A stretch of DNA of 64,000 bases. Source: Octopus bimaculoides. Its lineage: Eukaryota. Location: the NCBI RefSeq assembly GCF_001194135.2, contig NC_069005.1, positions 31,103,257 through 31,167,256 of the forward strand, written 5' to 3'. The stretch's first letter is position 1. Each line of letters begins with the position of its first letter. Shown piece after piece: positions 34,790 through 47,149 of this stretch. The notes under the pieces were generated by a model. It was not told the DNA's origin and made no database searches. It saw only the letters and a list, made by a program, of their open reading frames with translations. A program made the translations under genes and the position numbers.

Positions 34790-35745
34790 TTCACCACCAT
34801 CGTCATCACCACCACCACCAACATCGTCATCACCGCCACCACCACCATCGTCATCGTCACCACCATCGTCATCACTGCCACCACCACCATCGTCATCACT
34901 GCCACCACCACCATCGTCATCACTGCNNNNNNNNNNNNNNNNNNNNNNNNNNNNNNNNNNNNNNNNNNNNNNNNNNNNNNNNNNNNNNNNNNNNNNNNNN
35001 NNNNNNNNNNNNNNNNNNNNNNNNNNNNNNNNNNNNNNNNNNNNNNNNNNNNNNNNNNNNNNNNNNNNNNNNNNNNNNNNNNNNNNNNNNNNNNNNNNNN
35101 NNNNNNNNNNNNNNNNNNNNNNNNNNNNNNNNNNNNNNNNNNNNNNNNNNNNNNNNNNNNNNNNNNNNNNNNNNNNNNNNNNNNNNNNNNNNNNNNNNNN
35201 NNNNNNNNNNNNNNNNNNNNNNNNNNNNNNNNNNNNNNNNNNNNNNNNNNNNNNNNNNNNNNNNNNNNNNNNNNNNNNNNNNNNNNNNNNNNNNNNNNNN
35301 NNNNNNNNNNNNNNNNNNNNNNNNNNNNNNNNNNNNNNNNNNNNNNNNNNNNNNNNNNNNNNNNNNNNNNNNNNNNNNNNNNNNNNNNNNNNNNNNNNNN
35401 NNNNNNNNNNNNNNNNNNNNNNNNNNNNNNNNNNNNNNNNNNNNNNNNNNNNNNNNNNNNNNNNNNNNNNNNNNNNNNNNNNNNNNNNNNNNNNNNNNNN
35501 NNNNNNNNNNNNNNNNNNNNNNNNNNNNNNNNNNNNNNNNNNNNNNNNNNNNNNNNNNNNNNNNNNNNNNNNNNNNNNNNNNNNNNNNNNNNNNNNNNNN
35601 NNNNNNNNNNNNNNNAAGACACCATCTTTATCATAATCATCACCGCCACCACCACCACCACCACCACCACTACCACCACCACCATCCCCATTTCCACCAC
35701 AGCCAACATCATCAGCATCATAATAGCCCTCATCATTCTTATCTA
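34790..35745. repeat. (CAC/CAT) triplet repeat with 24-bp higher-order unit, spanning an N gap
   Basis: Unit CACCACCACCATCGTCATCACTGC repeats near 34870-34926; triplet repeats resume after the gap. Confidence 0.85.
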
Positions 35746-36339
35746 AATTGAATCAGGCAGTTTAGACAAAAGTCCTGCAGATAAACAGACCAAACTTACT
35801 CATTAGTCAAAGACTAATTAGTAACTCTCGTCTGTCTATCTCAAACACCCACCCTGCCCCCTCTCCGTCCATACCCTTCCCCATACCTGGGTCTGAGTAA
35901 ATTGAACAACCTGACATTCGATAATCTCCTGGCCCCTCGCTTATGTGGAAAAATGTGTCGAACTATATAGAGAGGTCAGTCTCCGTTACCATGGTTACAT
36001 AATTTCATTATCGTCAATTTACCTTGCTTGAATTTTTACCTGTTCGCTTGAGTATGAAAGCAAGTGTGTATGCAGTCATGTGACCTGCTTGAAATAGTAG
36101 CCAAGTTTCCTTCAAATTGTGATCTGTTTTAAATAAGAGGACACATTAAATGATTTCATTCCGTATACCTCCACAAAGTCAAGGTGGTCATAATGGAGTG
36201 CCTTTGAACATAGATAGGTCTGCTGGACATCAGGCTTGGCCTAGGGTTAAATGATGCTAACCACATCTCAGGTTGTCCTGCTACTAATTAACCTAGGTGC
36301 GAAAGTGGACAGTGGAGAGGTGGATGGCTTTGAATATTT

Positions 36340-36720
36340 CCATTGTCAAGCCAAGTGAAATTGTAGTCATGGCACAACTGGTACATAAGAAGCACCCTTT
36401 GACCATTGGGCCTCACGGAGGCTGTGACAAGTGACCAAAACCTTTGGCAAGACACTGCGTTTGAGAAGATCTGTCAAGCCAAGTGAGAATGTAGTTGTGG
36501 CCAATGCCAGTGTCATATAACTGGCCCTCGTGCCGGTGGCACGTAGAAAGCACTCGCTACACTCTTGGAGTGGTGGGCATTAGGAAGGTCTTGCAGTTGT
36601 AGAAACCATGCCAAATCAGACGGGAACCTTGTGCAGCTGACCAGCTTAACCAGTCTTCATTTCAACTGTCCAACTCATGCCAGCATGGAAAACGGATGCT
36701 AAATGACGATAATAAGGAAG
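36340..36720 (+). mobile_element. Longer family C element (RTE 3' UTR-like)
   Basis: GTCAAGCCAAGTGA occurs twice, then GTGCCGGTGGCACGTAGAAAGCAC..CATTAGGAAGG..CCAGCATGGAAAACGGATGCTAAATGACGAT. Confidence 0.6.
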
Positions 36721-36734
36721 ATGGGTTACTGAAG

Positions 36735-36955
36735 GTTAGGGTGGTGCACTCAACAGTCGCAAGATCACAGTTTCAATCCCCAGACAAGGTGGTGCATTGT
36801 ATTCTTGAGCAAAACACTTCATTTCACGTCAATCCAGTCCACTCAGCTGTTAATGCGTGACCCAGCAACGACCTGGCGTCCTGTTCAAGGGCAGTGTTGT
36901 CACCTCGGTCACCTATGTGCCATGGTAACCGAATAACCAGCCCTGTGAGATTTAG
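36735..36955 (+). mobile_element. CORE-type SINE with an alternative 3' tail
   Basis: tRNA-like head (GGTTAGG..GTTTCAATCCC), core TTCTTGAGCAAAACACTTCATTTCACG..CCAGTCCACTCAGCTG, and a tail unlike family D. Confidence 0.6.
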
Positions 36956-37896
36956 GACTTGCGGTAATAATGTTCAATTGTTTGTTTGATGGTTGAGGCT
37001 TCTACTGTTGCTTCTGCAGCTCTTGGTGTTGGCTGTTTAGCCTCAGATCAACTGTGATTGAAGTACACATAGGATCACCAGAGGTGTCCCTTAAGGCTGT
37101 AATTCCTTTTTTTTGTCCATGGTTGTTGCACAAGGTCAGAAATTGACNNNNNNNNNNNNNNNNNNNNNNNNNNNNNNNNNNNNNNNNNNNNNNNNNNNNN
37201 NNNNNNNNNNNNNNNNNNNNNNNNNNNNNNNNNNNNNNNNNNNNNNNNNNNNNNNNNNNNNNNNNNNNNNNNNNNNNNNNNNNNNNNNNNNNNNNNNNNN
37301 NNNNNNNNNNNNNNNNNNNNNNNCATAATTGTAGAACACGAAATATACTAGCAACAGTTTTTTTTTCTCTTCTTTATGTAGATATTGTTTGTATATATGT
37401 GTGTATAATGTGCATAGTTTTTGTGTGTGTATGTATAATGTTTTCTATTGTTTATTTGTGTATGTATGTATGTGTGTGTGTGTACTGTTTCTTTGTGTTT
37501 ATATTGCTTTTCTCTGTATATTGCATCTGTGTGTATAATATTGTCTGTTGTGTGCTTGTATATTTGTTTTTGTGAGTGTATATTGTCTATTGTTTGCATG
37601 TGTGTATATTGTTTCTCTTTGTATATATATATTGTTTGTATGTTTACTGTTTCTCTACATATACTCTCTGTCTTTCCTCTCTGTGTATATTGCCTATTGT
37701 TTTTTTGTTGTTTATGTATATCTAGTTTCTCTGTGTGTTGTGCTAATGCCTTGAGTGAGTCTATGAGTGTGTGTATATATATATATATATAGATATAGAT
37801 ATATATATATATATAGTCTACATATGCTGCTGAGAGTGAGTGCATGCATTGTATCTCTTCTCTATATTCCTGTGTGCACACATACTATAATCACGT

Positions 37897-37945
<49 letters not shown>

Positions 37946-38682
37946 ATAGCTATGCTTTATTTCAACTAGATATAGATAAGAAGTTTGAATTAAATTATTT
38001 GTTGCTCGTCTTTTATACACTCCCCCCACCCCACCCATGCACTTTGTTACTAAATAAATAGAAAACCAATAACTATAATCAGTGTTTTGTGTCTTTTTTT
38101 TTTTATTTATTTTTAGAGCTGACTAAATAAATAGATACATACTTTATGGTGTGTATATATGTATTTGTGTGTGTGTGTGTGCGTGTATATGTGTGATTAT
38201 ATATTTATGTGTGTATATATNNNNNNNNNNNNNNNNNNNNNNNNNNNNNNNNNNNNNNNNNNNNNNNNNNNNNNNNNNNNNNNNNNNNNNNNNNNNNNNN
38301 NNNNNNNNNNNNNNNNNNNNNNNNNNNNNNNNNNNNNNNNNNNNNNNNNNNNNNNNNNNNNNNNNNNNNNNNNNNNNNNNNNNNNNNNNNNNNNNNNNNN
38401 NNNNNNNNNNNNNNNNNNNNNNNNNNNNNNNNNNNNNNNNNNNNNNNNNNNNNNNNNNNNNNNNNNNNNNNNNNNNNNNNNNNNNNNNNNNNNNNNNNNN
38501 NNNNNNNNNNNNNNNNNNNNNNNNNNNNNNNNNNNNNNNNNNNNNNNNNNNNNNNNNNNNNNNNNNNNNNNNNNNNNNNNNNNNNNNNNNNNNNNNNNNN
38601 NNNNNNNNNNNNNNNNNNNNNNNNNNNNNNNNNNNNNNNNNNNNNNNNNNNNNNNNNNNNNNNNNNNNNNNNNNNNNNNNNN

Positions 38683-38760
<78 letters not shown>

Positions 38761-39702
38761 GATTAGTGTAGCAAGCATCTCATTTAAAGAATTGTTTATT
38801 AACAGTTGTTTCATAAAGATTAGAGCTTTGATGCTTTGTGGGGTTGTGAGGTGGGGGTATATAAATACACACACGCGCACACCCATGAGTGTGTGTGTGT
38901 GTGCACGCGCGAGTGTATTTTCCTCATATACACATGTACCCTTAATATAATCCTGAAGGAGATTCAGGGTGACATTGTGACAGGATAGATTTCAGTTACA
39001 AGCGTTTGTCTCTGCATATGTATATGTACATATACACACACTCATGCACATATCGTTGCTATTATGTTAAACTGTCGTATGTCCAAATTTGGCCAAATGT
39101 GTGTTTTTCAATATTTATCTTTGCTTGCAATAGCCAGTTCTTTTGGTCAACTATCATATCTCCAGCTGCTTCAGATGCCAAGATGTCAAAAATTGTCAAA
39201 GTGTAGTACAACAGTTTTGCTATGGAATGGGGAAACTATTCGTTTTCTGAAAAAGCAACGTTTTGGACTTACAATACTTTTTCATAATAACAACAATATA
39301 ATGCATGAATGTATGTGGACATATACATATATACACGCATACACATAGCACACCATATCTCTACATACATGTGTGTGTGCGTATACGTGTATGTATATGT
39401 ATATGTGTGCATGCATGGCTGTGTGTGGTCAAGGGATCGACTTCACAATGACATGGTTTCTGGTTCAGTTCCACTGCATGTCTTTTACACTATTCATGGA
39501 TTGAGCAAAGCTTTGAGGGTGAATTTCTGTTAATGGAAACCAGAGACGAAGTCTACTGTGTGTGTGTGTGTACCTTTATGTACATACACACATACATGCA
39601 CACACACACACTCAGACTCTCTCAAACATATACACATACATGTATGTAATCTCATGTATACTTTTTGTAAGCTCTTGTGATTCTTCTTGATTTCTGTAAT
39701 GT

Positions 39703-40117
39703 TGAACCCTTTAGCATTTAAATCAACCACATCTGGCCCGAATATTCTACCTATTTTTAAGTTCAAACTGACACCTACCTGCTCATATCTACCCTACAAT
39801 GTCATTCTGAAAATAAGCAATCACACCATTGAAATCTCAAAACTGAGATAATTCATGATTAATCCAAAACAGTGTGAACCAATAAGCATGATATTTGACA
39901 GAGCCATCTGAATGCTAAACTGCCCCAAATGTTCTCTCTGTTTTTGTGTTCAAGCTGACCAGATTTGGCCTCTCACACCTACCCTACAATGTCATTTGAA
40001 AATCAACAATCTCACCATTGAAATCTCAAAACCATGAGAGAATGCATGATTGATTCAAGACTATGTGAATAAATAAGCATTATATTTGAGAGAGTAATCT
40101 GAGTGCTAAAGGGTTAA
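39703..40117. mobile_element. Head-to-tail dimer of MITE family E
   Basis: Left end TGAACCCTTTAGCATT, internal junction TGAATGCTAAA|CTGCCCCAAA, right end GAGTGCTAAAGGGTTAA. The internal CTACCCTACAATGTCATT block occurs twice. Confidence 0.75.
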
Positions 40118-40125
40118 ATGTTTGC

Positions 40126-40225
<100 letters not shown>

Positions 40226-40320
40226 ACTGCCCTGCATTAGTTCCCTACACACCCTTCTTCAGTTTTTCTGTAGAGAGAATGCTGAGATTCACAATCATAA
40301 TGTTCTCTCTTTCTTTCTCA

Positions 40321-40367
<47 letters not shown>

Positions 40368-40895
40368 ATACATATATATATATATACACACATACATACA
40401 TACACACATGCACACACACGTCTGTGTATGTGTGTGTACACCTATCTATCAATCAATCTGCCTCTCCTTGTTGTTTGTCTATTAATGTGTGTGTTGTGCA
40501 TACCCTACACCTTACAACCCATCTCCTTGTAGTTATTTATGGATCTATGTATTCATGTATGTGTTTGTTTATGGTTGTATGTATCTGTGTACATACGCAT
40601 GTATGTGTGCTTATTTCCAAATGGTGCTGTTGACCTGATGGTGGTTTGGTGCAGTAGCTGGCAGCAGACAATGTACCCCACACCATGTGTCGGAGTAGCT
40701 TCTTTTTGTTTTTTCTTTTTTTCCCCCTTTTTTAACTTATCTGAGGTGTGTAACAGAGATTGTTAACGAGAACATTTGGTGTAGTTTTAAGAAAGCAGTA
40801 GAGGGAAGGGAGTGAGGGGTGGTGGGCGANNNNNNNNNNNNNNNNNNNNNNNNNNNNNNNNNNNNNNNNNNNNNNNNNNNNNNNNNNNNCAGAGG

Positions 40896-40940
<45 letters not shown>

Positions 40941-41140
40941 ACAACATCTGCTTGAAATAATTGCAGTTTTGGTAAGAGTTGCATCACTAACACTTCTGAT
41001 GGATTTTATAGGAGAGGAAACAGGTCTATCAACACAACAGCAACATACATGTATATATATACTGAACTGTGTGTGTGTGTGTGTGTGTCTGTATATGTGT
41101 GTATATTACGTATATGTGTATATATTTGGACATGTATACA

Positions 41141-41178
<38 letters not shown>

Positions 41179-41869
41179 ATGCATGTACATGTTTATATGA
41201 ATTTGTATGTACATATATACAAATATATACATATGTACATGTATGTATATATATATATTTACATATGTACAAATATATACATATATATACAAATGATTAT
41301 AGATATGTATATGTGTATGTATATATATATATATATACACACGCGCACACATTTGCATACATAAATATATATATACCTTCACATACACATTTGCATACGC
41401 ATGCTTTTTCTAATGCATACATATGTATGTACCTTCACATGCACACATACACACAAATATACAATCCTTATTATATACAAATATTTAGATGTCAAGATGG
41501 CGGTAGTTTATGGAAGGGACTAAGACCTGGGATAATATTTACATTAATGAATCACATTGAGAGTGTCTGTTTGTCCCCGCAGATCCAAAACATATATACA
41601 CAAACACCTAGCAACACGCACGCGTACATAGACCGACATGCATGCACGTAAACATCCACAAACACACATGCGCACGTTATAGGCTATAAAATTTTATATG
41701 AAGTCTTAAAGCCATTTTACTGCTACGCGTTTTCTGTACTCCCTATTCTCCTCTCCACTCCCTTTTTTTTTGTTATTCTACCCTGATCTTTCCATCATTG
41801 TTCATTTCTGTTGAATATTCTAATAGTCTAAATAGCTCATCATGTATCTGGCTTCCTTTGTTGCTCGAG

Positions 41870-42040
41870 CAGTATTGACGTCATCGTTCCTGCCTTTCTG
41901 TCTGTCCGTGTGTCTGCCTGGTTTCCCTCTCCCCTTCGCTTCTCCGTACTATATCTGCGCGAAAAACATAGAATTTTTCAGCTTGGGCTTCTTCAGTTGT
42001 TTGTCGTGACTATGGGTGCAGTTGCAGCCTCTGTAAGTAA
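41870..42040 (+). promoter_or_regulatory. Candidate promoter/first exon patch
   Basis: Perfect CRE TGACGTCA at 41876-41883, E2F-type TTTCGCGC (minus) at 41957-41964, locally elevated CpG, CT-rich leader, ATG at 42012 and GTAAGT at 42033. Motif evidence only. Confidence 0.3.
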
Positions 42041-42124
42041 GAGGTTCAATTCAGAATCTGGGGGTTCTTTGGCAGCCCCCCCCCTAACCCAGATGTAACC
42101 CAGATGTTTGACTTATGAGCACGA

Positions 42125-42349
42125 TGCCATCTTTTACTTGTTTCAAGTCATTGGACTGCGGCCATGCTGGGGCACTTGAAGGGTTTTGGTTGAACAGATT
42201 GATTCCAGTGCTTATTTCTTAAGCCTGTTACTTGTTCTGTTGGTCTCTTTTGCCAAACCACAACATTACAGAGATGTAAACAAACCGAGACAGGTTGTTA
42301 GGTGATGGTTGGGGACAATCACAAACACAGCCGTGCGCGCGCACGCACA

Positions 42350-42390
<41 letters not shown>

Positions 42391-42560
42391 GCACACACAC
42401 ACACCAGGCTTCTTTTAGTTACCATCAAACCAAATCCACTCACAAGGCTTTGGTCTGCCCAGGGCTATGAAAGAAGACACTTGCCCGCGTTGTCTTGCAG
42501 GGGGACTGAACCTGGAACCATGTAGTTGGGAAGCAAATTTCTTACCCCACAACCACGTCG
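42125..42560 (-). mobile_element. Family B CORE-SINE
   Basis: TTCAAGTCATTGGACTGCGGCCATGCTGGGGCAC tail, (CA)n, AAATCCACTCACAAGGCTTTGG core, and GGACTGAACCTGGAACCATG head. Confidence 0.8.
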
Positions 42561-43098
42561 TGGTTTCAATTCTTTGACCAGATTCCCAGTAAAACAATAT
42601 TGAACAACACACATAGAAAAAGATTAAATACTACATGTTGCAGCTTCATAGCCAAATGTGATCATGACTCTTTGTTAATGGTGTCCCACCCATAGCTGTT
42701 GTTTACTTTCGCTTTTAATTGAGATAGAAATTTAAGAGAAAACGATTTTGAGATGAAATGGGTATTTGATGAACCTGTTACTTCATCCTGTAAAGAGCAA
42801 GGCCCAGACTCTTTGCAGATGAGGAAATTCATCATCATTGTTGTTTAATGTCCACTTTCCATGCTAGCATGGGTTGGACGGCTTGACATGTTTTGGCATG
42901 GTTTCTTCAGCTGGATGCCCTTTCTAATGCCAACCTCTTTGCAGAGTGTGCTGCATACCTTTTATGTGGCACCAGCTGCAGTGAGGTCACCAAGAAACTT
43001 CTCAGGACAAGAGCCCCCTCAATAGATGGTGAGGGGGCGGAGGCATAGTATTGAGAGACAGGAAAAGTGCTTTGCATTAGAAGAGGAACATGGCTACC

Positions 43099-43129
<31 letters not shown>

Positions 43130-43308
43130 TGTGATGGGGGAAAGGGGTATGGACCATACATCCAAATTACAGGGACGTGTATATTGCGAAGTGGACCATG
43201 GATTGGAGAGGGTGAGTGATCCAGGTGAATTCACACGACTGCAAAAGGGGAGTGGAAGATGAAGGGTGGATGTCTACCTGTATGTATACACATATTTACC
43301 TGCATATT

Positions 43309-43371
<63 letters not shown>

Positions 43372-44691
43372 TTGTGTGTATGCATATATATGTATGTGTG
43401 TGTATTTATAATACACACACATATACATATATATATATAAAACACATCTATAAACACACACACACATATGCATATTAAGTTTATGTTGTAAATACTAACA
43501 GCCTATACACATGGATTGACAATATTTCTGCTGACTGTACGAAAGCTACTTTATATAATGCAAGCTTTGGAAATGTGTTGGCATTTGGAAATAAAATCTT
43601 TATGTTAAAAATAGAGACAGGAGCACACTGCTGCAGACAGCAGAAGAAAGTGCAGTGATTAGAGTGGAACCAGGAGACGTACAATATGCATATGAATAAT
43701 AAACCAGGTTTCTGTTAAGCTCGGAAAAGTGACTGGCAAAGACAATCTCTCTTAAGATTAACATACTACAGCAGGCTTAAGACCAGAATGGATGGAAGAT
43801 GGAAACTGGTGAGAGTGAAAGAAAGGAGGGAGGGAGAAAAAAAGAGTCTTATGGATTGAATGTTCTAAAATAGAGACAGGCAGATTATATTAAAAGACAG
43901 AATGTAACTGAAGACATTTCGGTGATTTAGAAAGCAAATAATGATATAAATATTGAAAGTTTTCACGAAGGTGAAAGAATAGACCGCTTCAGTTTATGCC
44001 AATATGGAAGCTAAAAGTAGCATATTGTAGCTTGTGTTTCCTATTTATTATTTGATGATGTAATTCAGTGCTTGACCTGAGTTGGCATGGCCATGCTGTA
44101 GCTACTACATCATCCAGATGGAACCGGGTTGTCAGGTGAATTCGGTCAGGTTTTTCTTTTTGTTTGTTTGTTTGTTTGTTTGTTTTCTTTTCTACTCGGT
44201 ACACCATCATCATAAAAGTCTGATTCGAATTTCAAAAAATGATAAACAAAACCTGTAGAGGAAGAAGTGGACTACAGAAAAAGAAAAAAAGAAAGAACAA
44301 TAAAATATATTTTGTGTTAATCCAAAGAACATTGGAAATAAACGAGTGAATTTAATCCAACAACCCAATGCATAGCGTATTTTTATTGATGTATGTATAT
44401 GTATGCATACATATATATATGTATATATATATATATGTATATATATATGTAGGTATATTTATTTATTGAGTTGTCAGGTAAATTCCTTCATTCTTCTGCT
44501 GTTGTTTTTTTTCTAAATGGCATTCCATTGTCATTTGTCTGAAAAGAGGTAAAATTTGTTCAGATTTCGAAAATGATAAAACAAAATTTGTAGAGGAAGA
44601 AGAGATCTACAAAAGCACCATGAAACACAATGATAAAAGTTTTTTTTTTTATGTTAATTCAAATAACATTGGGAAAGGTTAAAATAAATCT

Positions 44692-44990
44692 TTTCTCTTT
44701 TACTTGTTTCAGTCATTGGACTGCGGCCATGCTGGGGCACCACCTCAAAAAGTTTTTAGTAGAACGAATCAACTCCAGTACTCTTTTTTTTTTTTTTTTT
44801 TAAGCCTGGTATTTATTCTATCAGTCTCTTTTGTCAAACTGCTAAGTTACAGGGACATAAGCAAACCAACACTGGTTGTCAAGCTGTGGTGGTGGATAAA
44901 CACAGTCTGGTACTTATTTTATTGCTCTTTTGCTGAACTGCTAAGTTACAGGGGAATAAACACAGACACTGACACAAACAAGTTTCCTTA
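44692..44990 (-). mobile_element. Family B SINE 3' half with an internal tandem duplication
   Basis: The CTCTTTTG..AACTGCTAAGTTACAGG block is present twice (about 44826-44860 and 44925-44960). Confidence 0.7.
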
Positions 44991-45451
44991 AGTAGGATTT
45001 GAACCCAGAGTGCAGAGACTTCATACAAATACTGCGAAACACTCTAACAATTCTGCCAATAACATTGATGTTATAAGACAAAACATAATTATAGCCTTCG
45101 ACTGACATGGGTTTTTCTTTCTAACTACCACATACATGTACATATGTTGACTGTTTAATATAGTAATAAATAATAACGAATATACATTAGCTGTTTTATG
45201 AAGTAATCACTGCTAGACATGCTTTCTCCTACATGGCTCTCTAATTATCCTGCAAATGATGACTGAGATGAATTTAATCTGTTGCTATTTCCATAACTCA
45301 GCAGTAGCAAGTGTATGATTTAATAAAAATAGACATACAGACAGACACCCATATTCAGTGCTGCTGTGAAATTAGGTTGTGTCTTCAGATAGCAGGACTT
45401 TTGCAGTAACAGCTTGAAGTGGAGATCAAATCCATGCGGTTATCTCTTTCA

Positions 45452-45640
45452 TTTTTCTTATTTGTTTCGGTCATTAACCTGCGGCCATGCTGCAGCACCG
45501 CCTTGAATTTTTAGTTGAATGAACTGACCCCGGCACATATTTATTTTGTTAAGCCTAGTACTTGTTCTGTTGATCTCTTTGTCAAACTGCTAAGTTACGG
45601 GAATGTAAACACACAAACACCGGTTGTCAAGACACACACA
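45452..45640 (-). mobile_element. Family B SINE 3' half
   Basis: GCGGCCATGCTGCAGCACCGCC..AAGCCTAGTACTT..AACTGCTAAGTTACGGG..CCGGTTGTCAAG. Confidence 0.7.
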
Positions 45641-46279
45641 CACACACACATGTACACTCACATATGCAATTAGTTTCAGTTGAGCCCCGGTGTGGTGCCC
45701 CAAAATTGCTGGGTTTGCGCTGAAATTTGAAACCAATATTTTAGGCTACATATCTATATAAAAAAAGTGAATCTTATACAAGAATGTAATGTATCTAGAG
45801 TTGTTTCCCCATACATGCAAATTAAGAAGAAAAAATATTGAATATTACTCATTGATGCAAAGCAGCAAGCTGGCAGAATCATTAGCATGCCAGGTCAAAG
45901 TAATAAGTACCAGTTGAATACTGGGGTTGATGTAATTGACTCACTCCCTCCCCCAAATTGCTGGCCTTGTGCCAAAACTTGAAATCAATATTAATCATTG
46001 ACTGATGTTTTGTTTTTTGTGATAACATAAGTTTGATGTACTTTAACTGTATACTGTTAAATATGATCATTTACTTAATTGTATGATGTTTGATAAACTT
46101 TAATTGTATGATGTTTGATAGACTTTTACTGTGTAATGATTGATAGATGTATAATGTTGCTTAGACTTTAACTGTGCTTCAATTGCATAATATTGGTTAT
46201 ACATTAACTGTATAACGTTTTAGTTATTCAGTAAGATATGAGCAATATAACTTTAAATATTTATGTATTCGGTGACAAA

Positions 46280-46320
46280 TGTGTTGTCATTTCTTTCTTC
46301 TTTGTCTTTTATAGGTAAGT
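46280..46320 (+). other. Candidate recursive (zero-length exon) splice site
   Basis: TTGTCATTTCTTTCTTCTTTGTCTTTTATAG|GTAAGT: a strong polypyrimidine tract with about 70 nt free of AG, and the acceptor AG (46313-46314) immediately regenerates a consensus donor. Confidence 0.4.
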
Positions 46321-47149
46321 CACTGATGAAACACTGAAGATGTGAAACTTACTGGAAACTTCATCTTTAATAGGTTGTCTCCCTTTATCTTTTCTCACCT
46401 GCCTCTCAGTCTCTGTCTGTCTGTCTGTCTATCTCTCTCTTTCTCTCTCTCTTTACCTGTTGATATTTTCTTGTTGCTGAGTCCCAGGTTTGCAATTAAA
46501 AGTAGAAAGGAAACTGGAAGTTAATGTCAGAAAATTATTCATGAATTGACAAGAGTTGGCAAGGTGTAAAAAAGGTGGGGGGGAGGGTAGAAATTAAGTC
46601 AAAATGAATGCTCATGGGACAATAGTGCCATGCAGGAGGATATGTGTCATTAATATTCATGAGTATGTTAATGAAGATTAGAGGATGAGGGGGAAATATT
46701 AAATCAACTTTGTTCCGGAAGTTGTGCTTGAAAGACAAAAATGTTGGAGAATTAATTAGTAATGGGAAATAACTGAGGAATATTAGTGATTTAATGAAAG
46801 GATGTGAGTATATGTGAAAAAATATGTACAAGCACATTGACATACATAAATATACATAGGACACGCACATATATAAATGTGGAAATAGTGTGACTATTAA
46901 TAGATATAGAAATAGACAGTGTGACTATTAATAGATATGGAAGAAAAGTATATACAGAGAAAAGAATAAGGAGGAATAAGGTTACATGATATACAATATT
47001 ATATGTATACACATATACATTTACATATATAATTGCATAAAAACAAACATCTTTGTCTATACACACCAATGCAGTCTCATATACAGCTGCACTCTAACAC
47101 CAATGTGAAAAAGAGGATTAAGCTTCAGATGTCTAAGTTTTCAATATTT

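Noticed and set aside
44050-44225. C/D box snoRNA (TGATGA ... CTGA)
   Set aside because: No terminal stem, atypical spacing, and no recognisable antisense element.
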